Shown: piece after piece, positions 53,637-54,020 of the stretch
How the letters are laid out: the number at the start of each line of letters is the position of its first letter
Numbering within the stretch: the first letter of the stretch is position 1
Source of the DNA: a virus
Lineage: Duplodnaviria > Caudoviricetes
Reading direction: 5' to 3' (one strand)
Virus record (IMG/VR): IMGVR_UViG_3300045410_000054
Location: 1-54,020 of that record
DNA length: 54,020 bases
Notes under the pieces: generated by a model
Told to the model about the DNA's origin: nothing
The model's input: only the letters and a program-made list of their open reading frames with translations
Databases searched by the model: none
Translations under genes and position numbers: made by a program

Positions 53637-54020
53637 GTGATCCGCCGCCACGTGGCCGTGTGGGTCACCCACCCCGCCACCGCCACCACCCTGGCCACCG
53701 CCGCCATCCTCGCCGGCGTGGTCGCCGGGCTGGCGCTGCTGGTCGCCGCCGGGCCGCTGCCGCTACTCGGCGCCGTGTTCGCCACCACCACCCTGCTCCG
53801 CCCGTTCCGGCGCCCCCTGCCGGCGGGTGGACGCCCCGGCTCCCGCTGGCAGGCGGTAGCAGCCGGGGCCGCGGCGCCCGCCCCCGTCCTTGGGTGCGCG
53901 GCGGCGGGCGCCGCCCACAACTCCCGCCCGGGTGTAGACCGGGCGGGCCGGACGCGGCCGGCGGCGGGCAACCGGAGACCCGGCGCCCGCCGGCACCCCG
54001 CCGGCGGCCCCCCCCAACCC
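53637..54020 (+). CDS. membrane protein running off the window end (partial)
   Basis: GTG ATC CGC... hydrophobic N-terminus; no stop noticed before the end. Confidence 0.35.
   Translation, partial: MIRRHVAVWVTHPATATTLATAAILAGVVAGLALLVAAGPLPLLGAVFATTTLLRPFRRPLPAGGRPGSRWQAVAAGAAAPAPVLGCAAAGAAHNSRPGVDRAGRTRPAAGNRRPGARRHPAGGPPQP

Overview
The window looks like a near-complete, circularly permuted genome of a very GC-rich temperate siphovirus or prophage of an actinomycete; the host is inferred from gene content (WhiB, leaderless genes). Modules, in order: early, replication and recombination genes (C5 DNA methyltransferase, WhiB, exonuclease, RecT-like, RuvC-like, MT-A70 methyltransferase, replication initiator with iterons); HNH-terS-terL-portal-protease-HK97 capsid; a glycan-building cluster embedded among virion genes; tail genes with a -1 frameshift chaperone and a tape measure protein carrying a 342-aa LAGLIDADG intein; lysis; an accessory region; a short tyrosine integrase, repressor, Cro and ParB. 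The most unusual signals are (1) a ~440-nt promoter-driven non-coding region holding two tandem long-stem units with conserved ends and compensatory inner stems, (2) a glycosyltransferase/TylF/LicD virion-modification cluster next to a Thr-rich LamG protein, (3) the intein in the tape measure protein at a P-loop-mimicking GK|T site, (4) a dual-coding methyltransferase, and (5) repeated gene-junction direct repeats that delimit removable gene cassettes. All product calls come from motif recognition by eye; no database searches were run.
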